Assembly: GCA_963764785.1 (NCBI GenBank) | Contig: CAVXTU010000001.1 | Span: forward strand, 1,045,754 to 1,109,753 | Direction: 5' to 3' | Source of the DNA: an uncultured Chloroflexia bacterium | GTDB lineage: Bacteria > Chloroflexota > Limnocylindria > Limnocylindrales > CSP1-4 | DNA: 64,000 bases | In this document: piece after piece, positions 7,905 through 18,211 of the stretch | Numbering within the stretch: the stretch's first letter is position 1 | How the letters are laid out: every line of letters starts with the position of its first letter | Position numbers and translations under genes: made by a program | The notes under the pieces: model-generated | The model's input: the letters and a program-made list of their open reading frames with translations, nothing else | The model's database searches: none | What the model was told of the DNA's origin: nothing

Positions 7905-10058
7905 ATGGCCATGCGCCCCATGTCCCGGATCTCCGCCACCGCCTTGACCGCGGCGCTCTTGCTGCCGTCGACCGCCACTGCCCAGGATGTCATCATCGAC
8001 CCCATCGAACCTCCGATCCGCTGCCTGGATTGTTGGTGGCCTGTGGGTGATGTCGCCCAGCTAGACGGCATCGAGGCCGACATCGACGTCACTGACGGCA
8101 AGACGGTCGCCCGGTACCGCTTCGACCTCAGCAACCCGTCCGACAGCGATCGCGGTGGTCCCGGAGCGGAGGGCCGGATCGTCTTTCCGGTCCCGGCCGG
8201 CAGCTCGGTCACGGACCTGGTCCTGTCGGGTGGCCCCGAGACGCTCGAGGGCAAGCTGCTGGGTTCCGACGATGCGACGCGCATCTACGAGGACATCGTC
8301 CGACGCCTCGTCGACCCCGCTCTGCTCCGATCGCTCGACGGGGACCTCTATGAGGTGCGCGCCTTTCCGGTCCCGGCTGGAGAAGAGCGCCAGGTGAGCT
8401 TTACGGTGACCACGCCACTTCTGGCCGAGGGTGAACAAGCCATCGTCGAGGTGCCCTGGTCGCGCATGTCGCCACGGCCCGCGACCAGCCAGGTCAACGT
8501 CGATGTGGATGTTCCCTGGGAAGTTCGATCGGCTCTGGCCCCAGGCTTTGACGTGGACGAAGAACGCAGCGGCGATGGCGAGATCGGTCTGGGCTGGGAG
8601 TCTCCGTCCAGCTGGTCGCCGGACACCAACTTCCGCCTCTACCTCAGCGGCGGCGATGGCCTCATCGACACTCGATTGCTACCCTACCGCGAGGCTGGAG
8701 AGGATGGCTATTTCAGCCTGCTCTTCTCGCCCATCATCGAACTCGATGAATTGGTGGCACGTGATGTGGTGCTGGTGCTGGATCGCTCCGGTTCCATGGA
8801 GGGGGACAAGATGGAGCAGGCCATCAGCGCCGCTGAATACGTCCTTGGGAACCTTGGCCCTGATGATCGCTTCGCAGTCGTGGACTTCTCGCGCTATGTC
8901 CGAAGCGCGGCTCCCGAGCTGCGTCCGGCCGAGGACGCGCAGATGGGCATCGACTACGTTCGCGGCCTCGCCGCGGGGGGCAATACCAATATCTCCGGTG
9001 CCCTGGAGCGAGGCATGGAGTTCCTCGATGGAGCCCGTCCCGGCACCGTCATCTTCCTGACCGACGGACTCGCCACGGTGGGCATCGAATCGGCCGATGG
9101 CATCCTCGAGGTCGCCGAGCGTGCAGCTCCCGAGCGCACGCAGCTGTTCGCGTTCGGTGTTGGCTACGACGTCGATACCACGCTGCTCGACACCCTGGCC
9201 ACCACGTTCACCGGCAACAGTTACTACGTCACTCCCGAGGAACGCATCGACACGGAAGTCGCGCGCCTCTGGGAGCAGGTCTCCACCCCAGTCCTGACCG
9301 ACGTCGCGATCGCCATCGACGGAGTGGATACCTGGGACCTGGCGCCCGCTGCGGTCCCCGGGATCTTCGCTGGCAACCAGACCCTCCTGACCGGACGCTA
9401 CAACGGTGACGGAGGCGCCAGCGTCACCGTCACCGGCAACTCGGCGCAGGGTCCTGAGACCTTCGTCTATGACGTGCTTTTCCCTCAGCGCGACGAGTCG
9501 GAGCCCACCATCGCCCAGCTCTGGGGCCAGCGTCGCGTGTCGGATCTGCTGACCGAGCTGCGCCTCGAAGGACCACGTGATTCCCTGATCGAGGAGATCG
9601 TCGATGTCGCCAATCAGTTCGGCATCGTGACGCCATACACGGCATATCTCGCTGAGGAGCCGGAGATGGCCTTCAGTCGCGAACGTGCCGTCGATGCTGT
9701 CGCACAGGGAGCGGCTGACTTCGACGCGGCGGCTCCGAGTGGCCAGAAGGCCGTCGAACGCGCCCAGGCGCTTGGCAGGCTGCGTGACGGCGGCGCCATC
9801 AGCGTCAGTGGTGGCCAGGACGGTTCTCGCGTCGTTGGTGCTCATACCTACTACCTGGTGGATGACACCTGGGTCCGCGAAGGCTTCGAGGAAAGCGACA
9901 TGGCTCACGAAGTCGAGGTCGGCTCCGACGAGTTCCTGGAACTCATCGCCGAGGAGCCATCCCTGGCCGAGGCGGCCGCGCTGGGAGAGCGCGTGACTGC
10001 CCTTGGGCCTGATGGCTGGATCACCATCGTCTGGCCCGTGGCGGACGTCGCCGAGTAG
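7905..10058 (+). CDS. Secreted VIT + vWA domain protein (inter-alpha-trypsin-inhibitor-like)
   Basis: Signal peptide ending ATA-QD; VIT-like region; MIDAS DRSGSM, GGNTNI and FLTDG; GIVTPYTAYL tail; GAGG RBS. Confidence 0.88.
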   Translation: MAMRPMSRISATALTAALLLPSTATAQDVIIDPIEPPIRCLDCWWPVGDVAQLDGIEADIDVTDGKTVARYRFDLSNPSDSDRGGPGAEGRIVFPVPAGSSVTDLVLSGGPETLEGKLLGSDDATRIYEDIVRRLVDPALLRSLDGDLYEVRAFPVPAGEERQVSFTVTTPLLAEGEQAIVEVPWSRMSPRPATSQVNVDVDVPWEVRSALAPGFDVDEERSGDGEIGLGWESPSSWSPDTNFRLYLSGGDGLIDTRLLPYREAGEDGYFSLLFSPIIELDELVARDVVLVLDRSGSMEGDKMEQAISAAEYVLGNLGPDDRFAVVDFSRYVRSAAPELRPAEDAQMGIDYVRGLAAGGNTNISGALERGMEFLDGARPGTVIFLTDGLATVGIESADGILEVAERAAPERTQLFAFGVGYDVDTTLLDTLATTFTGNSYYVTPEERIDTEVARLWEQVSTPVLTDVAIAIDGVDTWDLAPAAVPGIFAGNQTLLTGRYNGDGGASVTVTGNSAQGPETFVYDVLFPQRDESEPTIAQLWGQRRVSDLLTELRLEGPRDSLIEEIVDVANQFGIVTPYTAYLAEEPEMAFSRERAVDAVAQGAADFDAAAPSGQKAVERAQALGRLRDGGAISVSGGQDGSRVVGAHTYYLVDDTWVREGFEESDMAHEVEVGSDEFLELIAEEPSLAEAAALGERVTALGPDGWITIVWPVADVAE

Positions 10059-10080
10059 CGCCTTCCACTTCTTCAGGGTA

Positions 10081-10121
10081 GAGACCGCCGGGGTCGTCGA
10101 GGCCCCGGTGGTCTCGTTTTG
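10081..10121 (+). terminator. Intrinsic terminator after the VIT-vWA gene
   Basis: GAGACCGCCGGGGTC-gtcga-GGCCCCGGTGGTCTC hairpin followed by GTTTT. Confidence 0.7.
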
Positions 10122-10305
10122 CCCGGTCGACTCCCATGACTCGAACCACGAAGCCACCCCATCGATCCGTGCGCTGGGCCAATGTGGCACCTGATGCGGC
10201 TTCCCTGACGGGCCTTCCACGGTCGCTACACTCGGGAACTGGAGAGATCAGGCTGGACCGGTGCGGGAGGATCCGTCCTGATCGTTGAGGGATTGGCACA
10301 TCGGT

Positions 10306-11511
10306 ATGAGTTCGAACTTCCAGCGGTTCGCGTCAACGGGACCGGGTGCGGCCGTCGTCATGGTCGGCCTTGCGCTCGGGGTGGGAGTGGTACTGGGCAT
10401 CCTCACCAAGGCTGCGCTTTGGCTCTACGAGTTCGTGGTCGACCTCGTCTGGCACTGGATGCCCGAACGACTTGGCCTTGGGGGCGATGAGTTCCTGTTC
10501 ATGGTCGTCGTACTCGTGGTCGGCGGCATCCTGGTGGGCGTCGGCCAGTCGTTGCTGGGCTACCTCCCCCGGCCCCTGGAGGAGACGGTGCAGGAGGTGA
10601 CCCAAGGGCGTGGCGTCGACTACCGGTCGATTCCCAGTGTGTTGGCGAACACGCTGCCTGCACTCGGGGCAGGGGCACCGCTGGGCCCAGAATCAGGGCT
10701 CATCGCGGTCATCGGCGGCATCTACTTCTGGCTCAAGGAACGGATGGATGACTCGGCGACACTAGCCTTCCGACTGATGACCGGGGACGCGCAAGGGGAA
10801 GCCTCACGACCATGGCGGCTGGCGCCGTCGTTGATCGCCGGCCTGACGTTGATCGCGGTCTTTCGTGCGCTCTCCGATGGCGGGGACCTGTCGACGGTGC
10901 CGTCTGCTCGTGACGACGGCCCGATGGGGCTGTTGCTGCTGGCGCTGGGGACCGGTGTCGTGGCTGGGCTCGTGGGGATCGTGGCGCGTCGCTGCGAGAG
11001 CTGGGCCCGCGACCTGCGCCTCTTCGAGCGGAGACCGTTGCTGGCCGCTCCCGTGGGCGGACTTCTCGTGGCCGTGCTGGCGATGCCTTCCATGCTGGTC
11101 CTGTTCAGTGGCGCCGAGGAGATCACATCCTTGTTCGAGGGCGGCACCGATGCCCTGCAGCTGTTGTATTCGGGCGGCGCCAAATTCGCCGCCATGATCG
11201 TCGTGATCGCCGCCGGCTGGAAGGGCGGCACCGTCTTTCCGCTCATGTTCATCGGCGCGGCGTTGGCGGTCGGGGTGGCCGACCTGACGGGCCTCGATCC
11301 AGTCGTCATGTATGCCGCCGCTGTGGCTGGCTCGATCGCTGGCCACCTGCGCTCGTTGGCGCTCGGCACCGTCGTCGCGCTCCTGGTGGTGCCATCGTCA
11401 CTGTTGCTGGTGCTCATCGTCGGCGCGGCTGGTGGCACCGTGGCACTTCGGGTGGTCGGACATGAGCGGGGGGTCGTCCAGCAGCGTTTGGAAGCGCGCC
11501 ACAGCGAGTAG
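10306..11511 (+). CDS. ClC-family (YfeO-like) ion channel/transporter
   Basis: Multi-TM; GAPLGPESGL and GWKGGTVFP motifs, variants of the ClC GxEGP and GxFxP motifs. Confidence 0.75.
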   Translation: MSSNFQRFASTGPGAAVVMVGLALGVGVVLGILTKAALWLYEFVVDLVWHWMPERLGLGGDEFLFMVVVLVVGGILVGVGQSLLGYLPRPLEETVQEVTQGRGVDYRSIPSVLANTLPALGAGAPLGPESGLIAVIGGIYFWLKERMDDSATLAFRLMTGDAQGEASRPWRLAPSLIAGLTLIAVFRALSDGGDLSTVPSARDDGPMGLLLLALGTGVVAGLVGIVARRCESWARDLRLFERRPLLAAPVGGLLVAVLAMPSMLVLFSGAEEITSLFEGGTDALQLLYSGGAKFAAMIVVIAAGWKGGTVFPLMFIGAALAVGVADLTGLDPVVMYAAAVAGSIAGHLRSLALGTVVALLVVPSSLLLVLIVGAAGGTVALRVVGHERGVVQQRLEARHSE

Positions 11512-11512
11512 G

Positions 11513-12173
11513 TCAGGGCTCCCGCCCCACCGCCACTGCGCGGGCCGGCGAGCCATCCGCTCCGGCCAGCGGCAAGGGCAGGCCTAGGAAGAGCGGATCG
11601 CGCAGCGACGCGATCCGGTCGAGGCCTTGCAGGTTCTCGATGATGACGGCACCTGAGCCGAGGATGGCCAGGTGGGCATCCAGCTGGGCTGCACGGGGAT
11701 CGTCGGGTGTCACGTCGACGCTGAGTGCGTCGACGCCGACGCAGCGGATGCCGGCGTCGACGATGGCTGTGGCGCCCGCAGCGGACAGGTAGGGATGGTC
11801 CAGGTAGCGGGGCGTGTCCCAGTGGCGAGACCAACCCGTATGGAGCAGCAGGATGTCACCAGTCTCGGCGGTGCCAAGCGCCGCCTGGAGCTGCACGGGA
11901 CCGATGGCGTCGCGCCCGCCATGCGAGCGCAGATCCACCACGCAAGGGCGACCGATGAGCTGATCGAGTGGAACCTGGTCCAACGACGGTCGGTCCTCGC
12001 CGACGTGCAGCGGCGCGTCGATATGGGTGCCGCTATGCGTACCGAGATGAAGCGATGCAACGCTGACGCCACCATCGCACACCCGCAGGATGGGGACTGA
12101 GCCGGACCTCCGGGTCACCGGGGTAGACCGGCATCGCGCTGGTGATCGGTATGGTCAGGTCGACGATGCGCAT
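11513..12173 (-). CDS. Cyclase-family metal hydrolase (kynurenine formamidase-like), frameshift near 12095
   Basis: MRIVDLTIPITSAMPVYPGDP in one frame joins GTHSGTHIDAPLH...GVDALSVD...IIENL...DGSPARAVA in another. Confidence 0.85.
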
Positions 12174-12218
12174 CCGTGGTGACACCGACGCCGTGAAGTC
12201 AGGACTTCGACGCAACAG

Positions 12219-13425
12219 CTAGGCCTTGCAGGCCGGCGCGAGCTTGAGCTTGGTGGGGATATGCGCGGCGATCCCGATATAGCTGTCGGCGGCGTTCGCC
12301 CCTCGCTTGGCCCATCCATCGACGCGTGCGATGTCGTTGTGATCGCCCTGCAGCGTGATGTAGTAGGCCGGATCCCTGAGCCTCTGCCCTGCCACGTTCA
12401 ACTGCTTGCAGTCGGTCGCCGATGTGACGAACACGACGAACGACCCAGGCCCGGCGTCGTGGTCGCACCCTTCGCCGATCCAGATAGCCCGGACCGAAGC
12501 CACTGAAGCGCTCCTGGCCACGCCTACCGTCCGCGCAACGCCCGGAACCAGAGGGAACGTTGCGTGCGCTCATCTCCGACTCGAACGCGCCGTGTGCGTC
12601 GCTGGCTTCCATGAGGTAATAGAACACAGCTGCCACAGCCGTCGTGTCTGGCGTGCATCGCACCGCGGCCACCGTGCCGGTCGGCACCGGTCGCCGCCAC
12701 GGCGAACAATGATTGGCGATCCGGGCCGGGATCCCCTTGAGCAGGACTTTCTCCGCCTGGCTGAACGACCCGGACGGTGGCTTCGGCTTCGGCGTGGCCC
12801 TGGACGCTCGCTGGGCGGCCGCGAGTTGATCCTTCAGGGTCTTGCTGTCAGCTTCGAGGGCCTTGATACGATCGCGCAGCTTGGTGATATTCGAGTTGTC
12901 GATGCGTTCGTTCGCCAGATCGAGCTCCGTCTGCAATGCCTGCAGCCGGTCTTGCAACTCGGAGAACTGGGTCGCTGTCAGCAGGACATCGGGGATCTCG
13001 AAGAGGAGTTGCGGTTCGCCGGATCCATCGGTCAGTCCCAGCACGCCGTCTTCGACCGTCCAGCCAGCGACCTCAGGCAACACCGCCAGGTAGGCGTCCT
13101 CGACGTCCTGGATAGCGTGTTCGCAGATGCCTGGGGCGCGCGTCAGCTCATCGGGAAAGGACAACGCGGTGCCATCGATGGCGTAGCTGCCGCTGAAAGT
13201 GTTGCATCCACCATTTCCCGACACCATTCCGGAGTCCAGACGGAGCGTGGCCTGTACGCCGAACGGCACTGTCGCCAGCTCCTCTGAGTCAGGCGCGAGG
13301 TATCGCGACAACGTCCAGTCGGCTCCCTCCGGAGTCAAGATGACATCCTGTGCGGTCACCGGGATGGATGATGTGACCGCCAGGATGACTGCGGCAACGG
13401 CCCCGAGAAGTCGGCTACGAATCAT
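12219..13425 (-). CDS. Exported META (HslJ-like) + coiled-coil + 6-Cys domain protein, copy 1; frameshift near 12485
   Basis: Signal peptide (VTA-QD); META motif SGNGGCNTFSGSY..C...EDAYL; heptad region; the Cys-rich C-terminus continues in the 12219..12521 frame. Confidence 0.75.
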
Positions 13426-13500
13426 GGAGTCCAGCCCTTTCTGCCGAGTGCGTTCCGAGCCGACTGTAGCGGGACATGGCCCTCAGCCGTCTCCGTCTGA

Positions 13501-14673
13501 TCATGTCGGGCAGCGCGGCGAAACCGGTGCATCCGGCCGCTCGATCTCCTGGGTCAGGCGAGATCGTCCCAGCCGCGGCTCCGCCCAGCGCGCCAGGGCG
13601 CGGATGTCGTCGTCATTGCCAAGGACGGCGACGTAGATGGCGGGGATGCGCACCCTGCGATCACCGACCTCGAGCTGGTTGCAGCCCGCTGCCGCCTCGA
13701 CGACCCGAAGGTTGGCGCGGCCATCAGCATCCACATAGCAACCGCTTGCGCCTGGGCCGGGCGTGTCATAGGCCAGTGCCACGGTGCCATTGCGACACTG
13801 TGCTTCACCGATCATTGACGCCGTACTGCTTCATGCGCCGCTCGAACACGCTGGTCGCAACAGCGCCGGGCATGAGGTAGTACGCCATGTCGCGTACGAC
13901 GGCCGCAGCGGGCTTGCACTGGACGGCGGCGATCGTTCCAGAGGGATTCTGGCTTCGCCGTGGCGCGCAGGTCCCCTTGATCGGACCCGGTATGCCTTCC
14001 AGCAGCATCCGTTCCGCTCGTTGAAGCCGCCACTCGACGCTCCCGAGCCGCTCGAGCGGAGCTCCTGGACCTGGCGTTGGAGTGAGGCCACCGTGCTCTC
14101 GAGCTCACTGATCCGGTCGCGCAGCGTGCCGATGCGGATATTGCGGAGGCGGTCCTCCAGCTGGTCGATGTGGTCCTGGAGGGCCTCGAAACGGGCCTCC
14201 ATCCCCGCGATGTCACTGGCGGTCAGACTGCTGACGGCTTGCTCGAATACCAGGCTCGTGACTCCTGCCGCATCGTCGAGCTGCAGAACACCATCGGCAG
14301 GGGTTGCCCACGTTGCTGTTGCGGGAAGGATGCTCATGTAGCCTTGTTCGACGACGTCGGCATCGCCGACGCAGGCCATCTCCGTCGCCGCGATGGGTTC
14401 GTCGAAACTGAGGCCTCCGGCAGCCAGCGTGTATGTGCCGACAAAGGTGTTGCAGCCGGTGGACCCGCTGGCGGTGCCAGCCTCCAGCAGCAGGGTGGCA
14501 TCGATCGTCCAGGGTACAGACACCGGTCCGCCGCCCGAGTCGTAGCTCGCCAGATGCCATTCGATACCTTCGATGCTCGCGGGGTCAGCCTGCGCCGCTG
14601 CGTTCGTCGGGAGTGCGATGATCGTCAGCGCGGCCAGGATCGATCGCGCACAGCTGCTGCGAAGCATTGGCAT
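13501..14673 (-). CDS. Exported META + coiled-coil + 6-Cys domain protein, copy 2; frameshifts near 14012 and 13812
   Basis: Signal peptide (AAA-QA); SGSTGCNTFVGTY..TEMAC. Joining ORFs 13831..14673, 13805..14008 and 13501..13815 gives a full-length paralog of copy 1. Confidence 0.75.
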
Positions 14674-14735
14674 CTCCTCGTGCGTGTCTCGATGCTACTC
14701 GGCGGTACCAAGTATCGACGTGGCAGGATGCGGCC

Positions 14736-15201
14736 ATGGGCAGCCAGTTCTTCCGTGCCAACGTGGGTATCGTGGTTACACGCACGGACGGCTGCGTGCT
14801 GGTCTTCGAGCGTCTCGATCGGTCAGGACAATGGCAGTTACCGCAGGGCGGTCTCGATGTCGGAGAGGAACCGCTCGACGCCGCGCTTCGTGAGCTCCGG
14901 GAGGAGACCGGCATCAGCCCTGGACACGTCCAGCTGGTGGCCGAGCACCCCGGTTGGCTGGCCTACGAGCTGCCGCCGTGAGCATCGCCGCAGGAAGACC
15001 GGTCGTGGCCAGGTGCAGAAGTGGTTCCTGTTTCGGTTCCTGGGCGAGGACGCTGATATCGAACTCGAGCCGCTCCGCGCGGAGCGCCAGGAGTTCGTCG
15101 CCTACCGCTGGATCGACCTGGCGGATCTGGTGGAGTCGGTCTGGGAGATCCGTCGACCCATCTATCGCGCCTTGGTCGAGGCGTGGGCGGACCTACTCTG
15201 A
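14736..15201 (+). CDS. rppH: RNA pyrophosphohydrolase (Nudix), frameshift near 14975
   Basis: FRANVGIVV, WQLPQGGLD.GE...AALRELREETG, WLAYELP, then GQVQKWFLFRF and EF..YRW in the next frame. Confidence 0.8.
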
Positions 15202-16320
15202 CGTGTCCTCGGTGCGGGGCAGGACATAGGATCGCTCGGGCAGCAGCTCCCAGCTGATCCTGTCGCCCGGCGCGTGGAGACCACGCGACATCCACTCGCC
15301 ATCGACCGCGATGATGTTGCCGTAGTCTTCGCCCAGGCCGAGCTCGTACTCCACGTACGCTCCCAGAAACGTGCTTCGCTGCACGGTGGCTGCCAGGTCG
15401 CCGGTCCCGACGCTGATCGATTCGGGACGGACCACGACCGTCGCTGCTTCGCCGGTCCGATTGCCGGTTCCTGCCGGGATGGTCATGGCGACGCCCATGA
15501 CCGAGATATCGCAGCTGTCGGCGGCGATCGACAGCACCTCACCGTCGAGGAAGTTGGCACGCCCGATGAAGTCAGCCACGAAACGGGTGTGGGGCCGGCG
15601 ATAGATCTCATCGGGTGGCCCGGCCTGCTCGATCTTGCCTGCGTTCATGACGACCACGATGTCCGAAAGGGCCATGGCCTCGGACTGGTCGTGCGTGACG
15701 TAGATCGAGGTGGTGCCCAGCTGTTGCTGGATGCGACGGATCTCCGAGCGCAGAGAGACGCGAAGCTTGGCGTCGAGATTGGAGAGCGGCTCATCGAACA
15801 GCAGCACCCGCGGTTCGATGGCCATGGCGCGTGCCAGGGCGACGCGTTGCTGCTGACCGCCCGAAAGCTCGGAGATCTTGCGCTGGCCAAGTCCATGCAG
15901 GTTGACCAGGTCGAGTGCCTGTTCGATGGTCGCTTCGAGCTCCTCGCCTTTCTTGCCCTGGAGCTGCACCCCGAAAGCGACGTTGTCATGCACGGTGAGG
16001 TGGGGGAAGAGCGCATACGACTGGAACACCATGCCCATGCCGCGCTTGTCCGGAGTGAGGCGGACCAGGTCCTTGCCATCGAGCAGGATGCGTCCACGCG
16101 TAGGCGACTCGAAGCCGGCGATCATGCGCAGGGTGGTCGTCTTGCCACATCCGGATGGACCCAGCAGCGTCACGAAGCTGCCGCCCGCCAGCTCGATACT
16201 GATGTCATCGACCGCGCGCACGTCGACACCCTCAGGCGACTTGAAGTGCTTGCTCAAACGCTCCAGCACCAGTGTCGCAGGCGTACTGCTGCGATCGACA
16301 CCCTGTCGGCTCAGCTCCAT
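15193..16320 (-). CDS. ABC ATPase (FbpC/AfuC/PotA type)
   Basis: GPSGCGKTT, LSGGQQQRVALAR, LLFDEPLSNLD, YVTHDQ; TOBE-like tail. Confidence 0.95.
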   Translation of the reverse strand: MELSRQGVDRSSTPATLVLERLSKHFKSPEGVDVRAVDDISIELAGGSFVTLLGPSGCGKTTTLRMIAGFESPTRGRILLDGKDLVRLTPDKRGMGMVFQSYALFPHLTVHDNVAFGVQLQGKKGEELEATIEQALDLVNLHGLGQRKISELSGGQQQRVALARAMAIEPRVLLFDEPLSNLDAKLRVSLRSEIRRIQQQLGTTSIYVTHDQSEAMALSDIVVVMNAGKIEQAGPPDEIYRRPHTRFVADFIGRANFLDGEVLSIAADSCDISVMGVAMTIPAGTGNRTGEAATVVVRPESISVGTGDLAATVQRSTFLGAYVEYELGLGEDYGNIIAVDGEWMSRGLHAPGDRISWELLPERSYVLPRTEDTSE

Positions 16321-18113
16321 GACGAGTTCCCGCTCCCCGATGATTGCTCGGCATCCGTCCTTGATCCCACCAGGAGCGTGAGGATGCCGATGGCGATGAG
16401 TACGATGGCGATGAGTACGACGCAGTAGGCGTAGGCGTTGCCATACCGCGCCGCGTCTACCTCATTGAGGATCTGAGCGGTCATGATGCGGACCTCGGGC
16501 GTGGTCAGGAAGATGACGGCGCTGATGGCCGTCATGGCTCGGGCGAACGAGTAGATCAGGCCGGCCAGGAAAGCCGGTCGGATGAGCGGCAGCGTGATCT
16601 TCCGGAAGGTGTGGGCCTGGTTAGCCCCGAGTGAAGTAGCGGCCTCCTCGATGGCGGGGTCGATCTGTTGCAGCGACGAGGTACCCGAACGAAGCCCACC
16701 GGGTGCCGACCGCAGGATGAAGACCATGACGATGGCGATGGCGCCACCGAGGATGGCCGCCCCGCCGGTCAGCTTCGGGAAGACCGTCAAGCCCAGGATC
16801 TCCGTGGGCGTGTTGAAGGCCAGCAGATAGCCGATGCCGAAGATCGTTCCGGGGATGGCCACTCCGAGCATCAGGCCGAAGTCGAGCGTGCCGCGGCCCC
16901 AGAAGCGACGCCGGATCACCAGGAACGCGACGACGACACCGAGCACGCCGGCGATGGGCGTGGCGATCGACGACAAGGTCACCGTATCTGTCACGGCATC
17001 GAAGCCGTATCCGAAGAAGACGGCCTCGAAGTGGTCGAGTGTGAAGGTATGGTTGACGCCCAGTAGCTGTGTGAACGACCCCACCACGATGGTCCCGTAC
17101 AGCAGGATGATCAGGCCAACCACGGCCAGCACGATACCCAGCAGCAGCCATCGGGCTGGCCGGCCCTCGATCTCGGCGTGCCGGCCGCTGGGTTTGCCCG
17201 AGACCGAGACGATGGACGCCTTGTTCGCGTAGTAGCGGTGGACGAAGTAGACCACCAGTGCCGGGACGAGCAGCATCACGGCCAGCACCGATCCTGCGGT
17301 CAGGTTGTACTCACCCACGATGGCGATGTACATACGGCTCGCCAGGACCGTGTAGTTCCCCCCCAGCACGAGCGGATTGCCCAGGTCGGCGAGCGCCTCC
17401 ACGAACAACAGCAGGAAAGCAGAGGCGATGCCCGGCGCCAGCAGCGGCAGGGTGACCTTGCGGAATGTGCGCCACTTCGACGCGCCCAGGTTGGACGCGG
17501 CCTCCTCGAGCGACGGGTCCAGCGCGCGCATCATGCCCATCAACATGATGTAGGCGATGGGAAAGAACGTCAGCGCCATCACCGCAGTCAGGCCGGCCGG
17601 AGGCAGGAACCCGATGTCGGGCCAGCGGTAGATATCGAGACGCACGCCCAACAGGTCTCGGGTGATCATGCCGCTTCGGCCGAACAGGCTGATGGCGGCC
17701 ACGGCCAGCGCGAAGGGCGGGCTCACGATGGGCAGGAGCGCCATCACGTGGATCAGGGTCTTGACTGGTCGCGGGGCCGGGACGCGAACCTGGACGTAGG
17801 CGAAGACGAACGCCACGAGGGTGCCCAGGGTCGCCACGCAGATACCCAGCGTGATCGTGTTGAGGAGGATCTGGTTCTGGGCCGTGGTGATATAGCGCTC
17901 GAAGATCGGTATGGCCTCGGCCGAGATCGCCTCGCCGATGACCTTGCTGACCGGCCAGACGATGGCGACCAGGACGAAGCCAGCGGAGATGAGGATGGCC
18001 AGGATGACCATCGGATCCACGGCGCGCCAGCGCGGCCGAATTGGATCCTTTGGTATCTCATCGTGGCGAGGCAGCGCGGCGTCCTGGACTGCCTGACGAT
18101 CAGAAACGGTCAC
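16311..18113 (-). CDS. ABC permease with duplicated TM domain (FbpB/AfuB type)
   Basis: Two EAA loops (LEEAASNLGA and IEEAATSLGA). Confidence 0.93.
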   Translation of the reverse strand: MTVSDRQAVQDAALPRHDEIPKDPIRPRWRAVDPMVILAILISAGFVLVAIVWPVSKVIGEAISAEAIPIFERYITTAQNQILLNTITLGICVATLGTLVAFVFAYVQVRVPAPRPVKTLIHVMALLPIVSPPFALAVAAISLFGRSGMITRDLLGVRLDIYRWPDIGFLPPAGLTAVMALTFFPIAYIMLMGMMRALDPSLEEAASNLGASKWRTFRKVTLPLLAPGIASAFLLLFVEALADLGNPLVLGGNYTVLASRMYIAIVGEYNLTAGSVLAVMLLVPALVVYFVHRYYANKASIVSVSGKPSGRHAEIEGRPARWLLLGIVLAVVGLIILLYGTIVVGSFTQLLGVNHTFTLDHFEAVFFGYGFDAVTDTVTLSSIATPIAGVLGVVVAFLVIRRRFWGRGTLDFGLMLGVAIPGTIFGIGYLLAFNTPTEILGLTVFPKLTGGAAILGGAIAIVMVFILRSAPGGLRSGTSSLQQIDPAIEEAATSLGANQAHTFRKITLPLIRPAFLAGLIYSFARAMTAISAVIFLTTPEVRIMTAQILNEVDAARYGNAYAYCVVLIAIVLIAIGILTLLVGSRTDAEQSSGSGNSSWS

Positions 18114-18123
18114 GGAAGCGGAA

Positions 18124-18150
18124 ACGAGGCCGGCAGGCCGCCGACCTCGT
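18124..18150 (-). other. Intergenic stem-loop between SBP and permease genes (mRNA stabiliser or attenuator)
   Basis: ACGAGGCCGGC/GCCGACCTCGT near-perfect inverted repeat. Confidence 0.45.
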
Positions 18151-18211
18151 CATCTGGGTGCTTCAGGGGCAACGACATGACGCCGCCGCCGCTGAACGTC
18201 ACGTTCGCTCG

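Noticed and set aside
14970-14985. Programmed frameshift or selenocysteine readthrough at the rppH TGA
   Set aside because: The continuation is in another frame, there is no slippery site or SECIS, and similar indels occur throughout the window.
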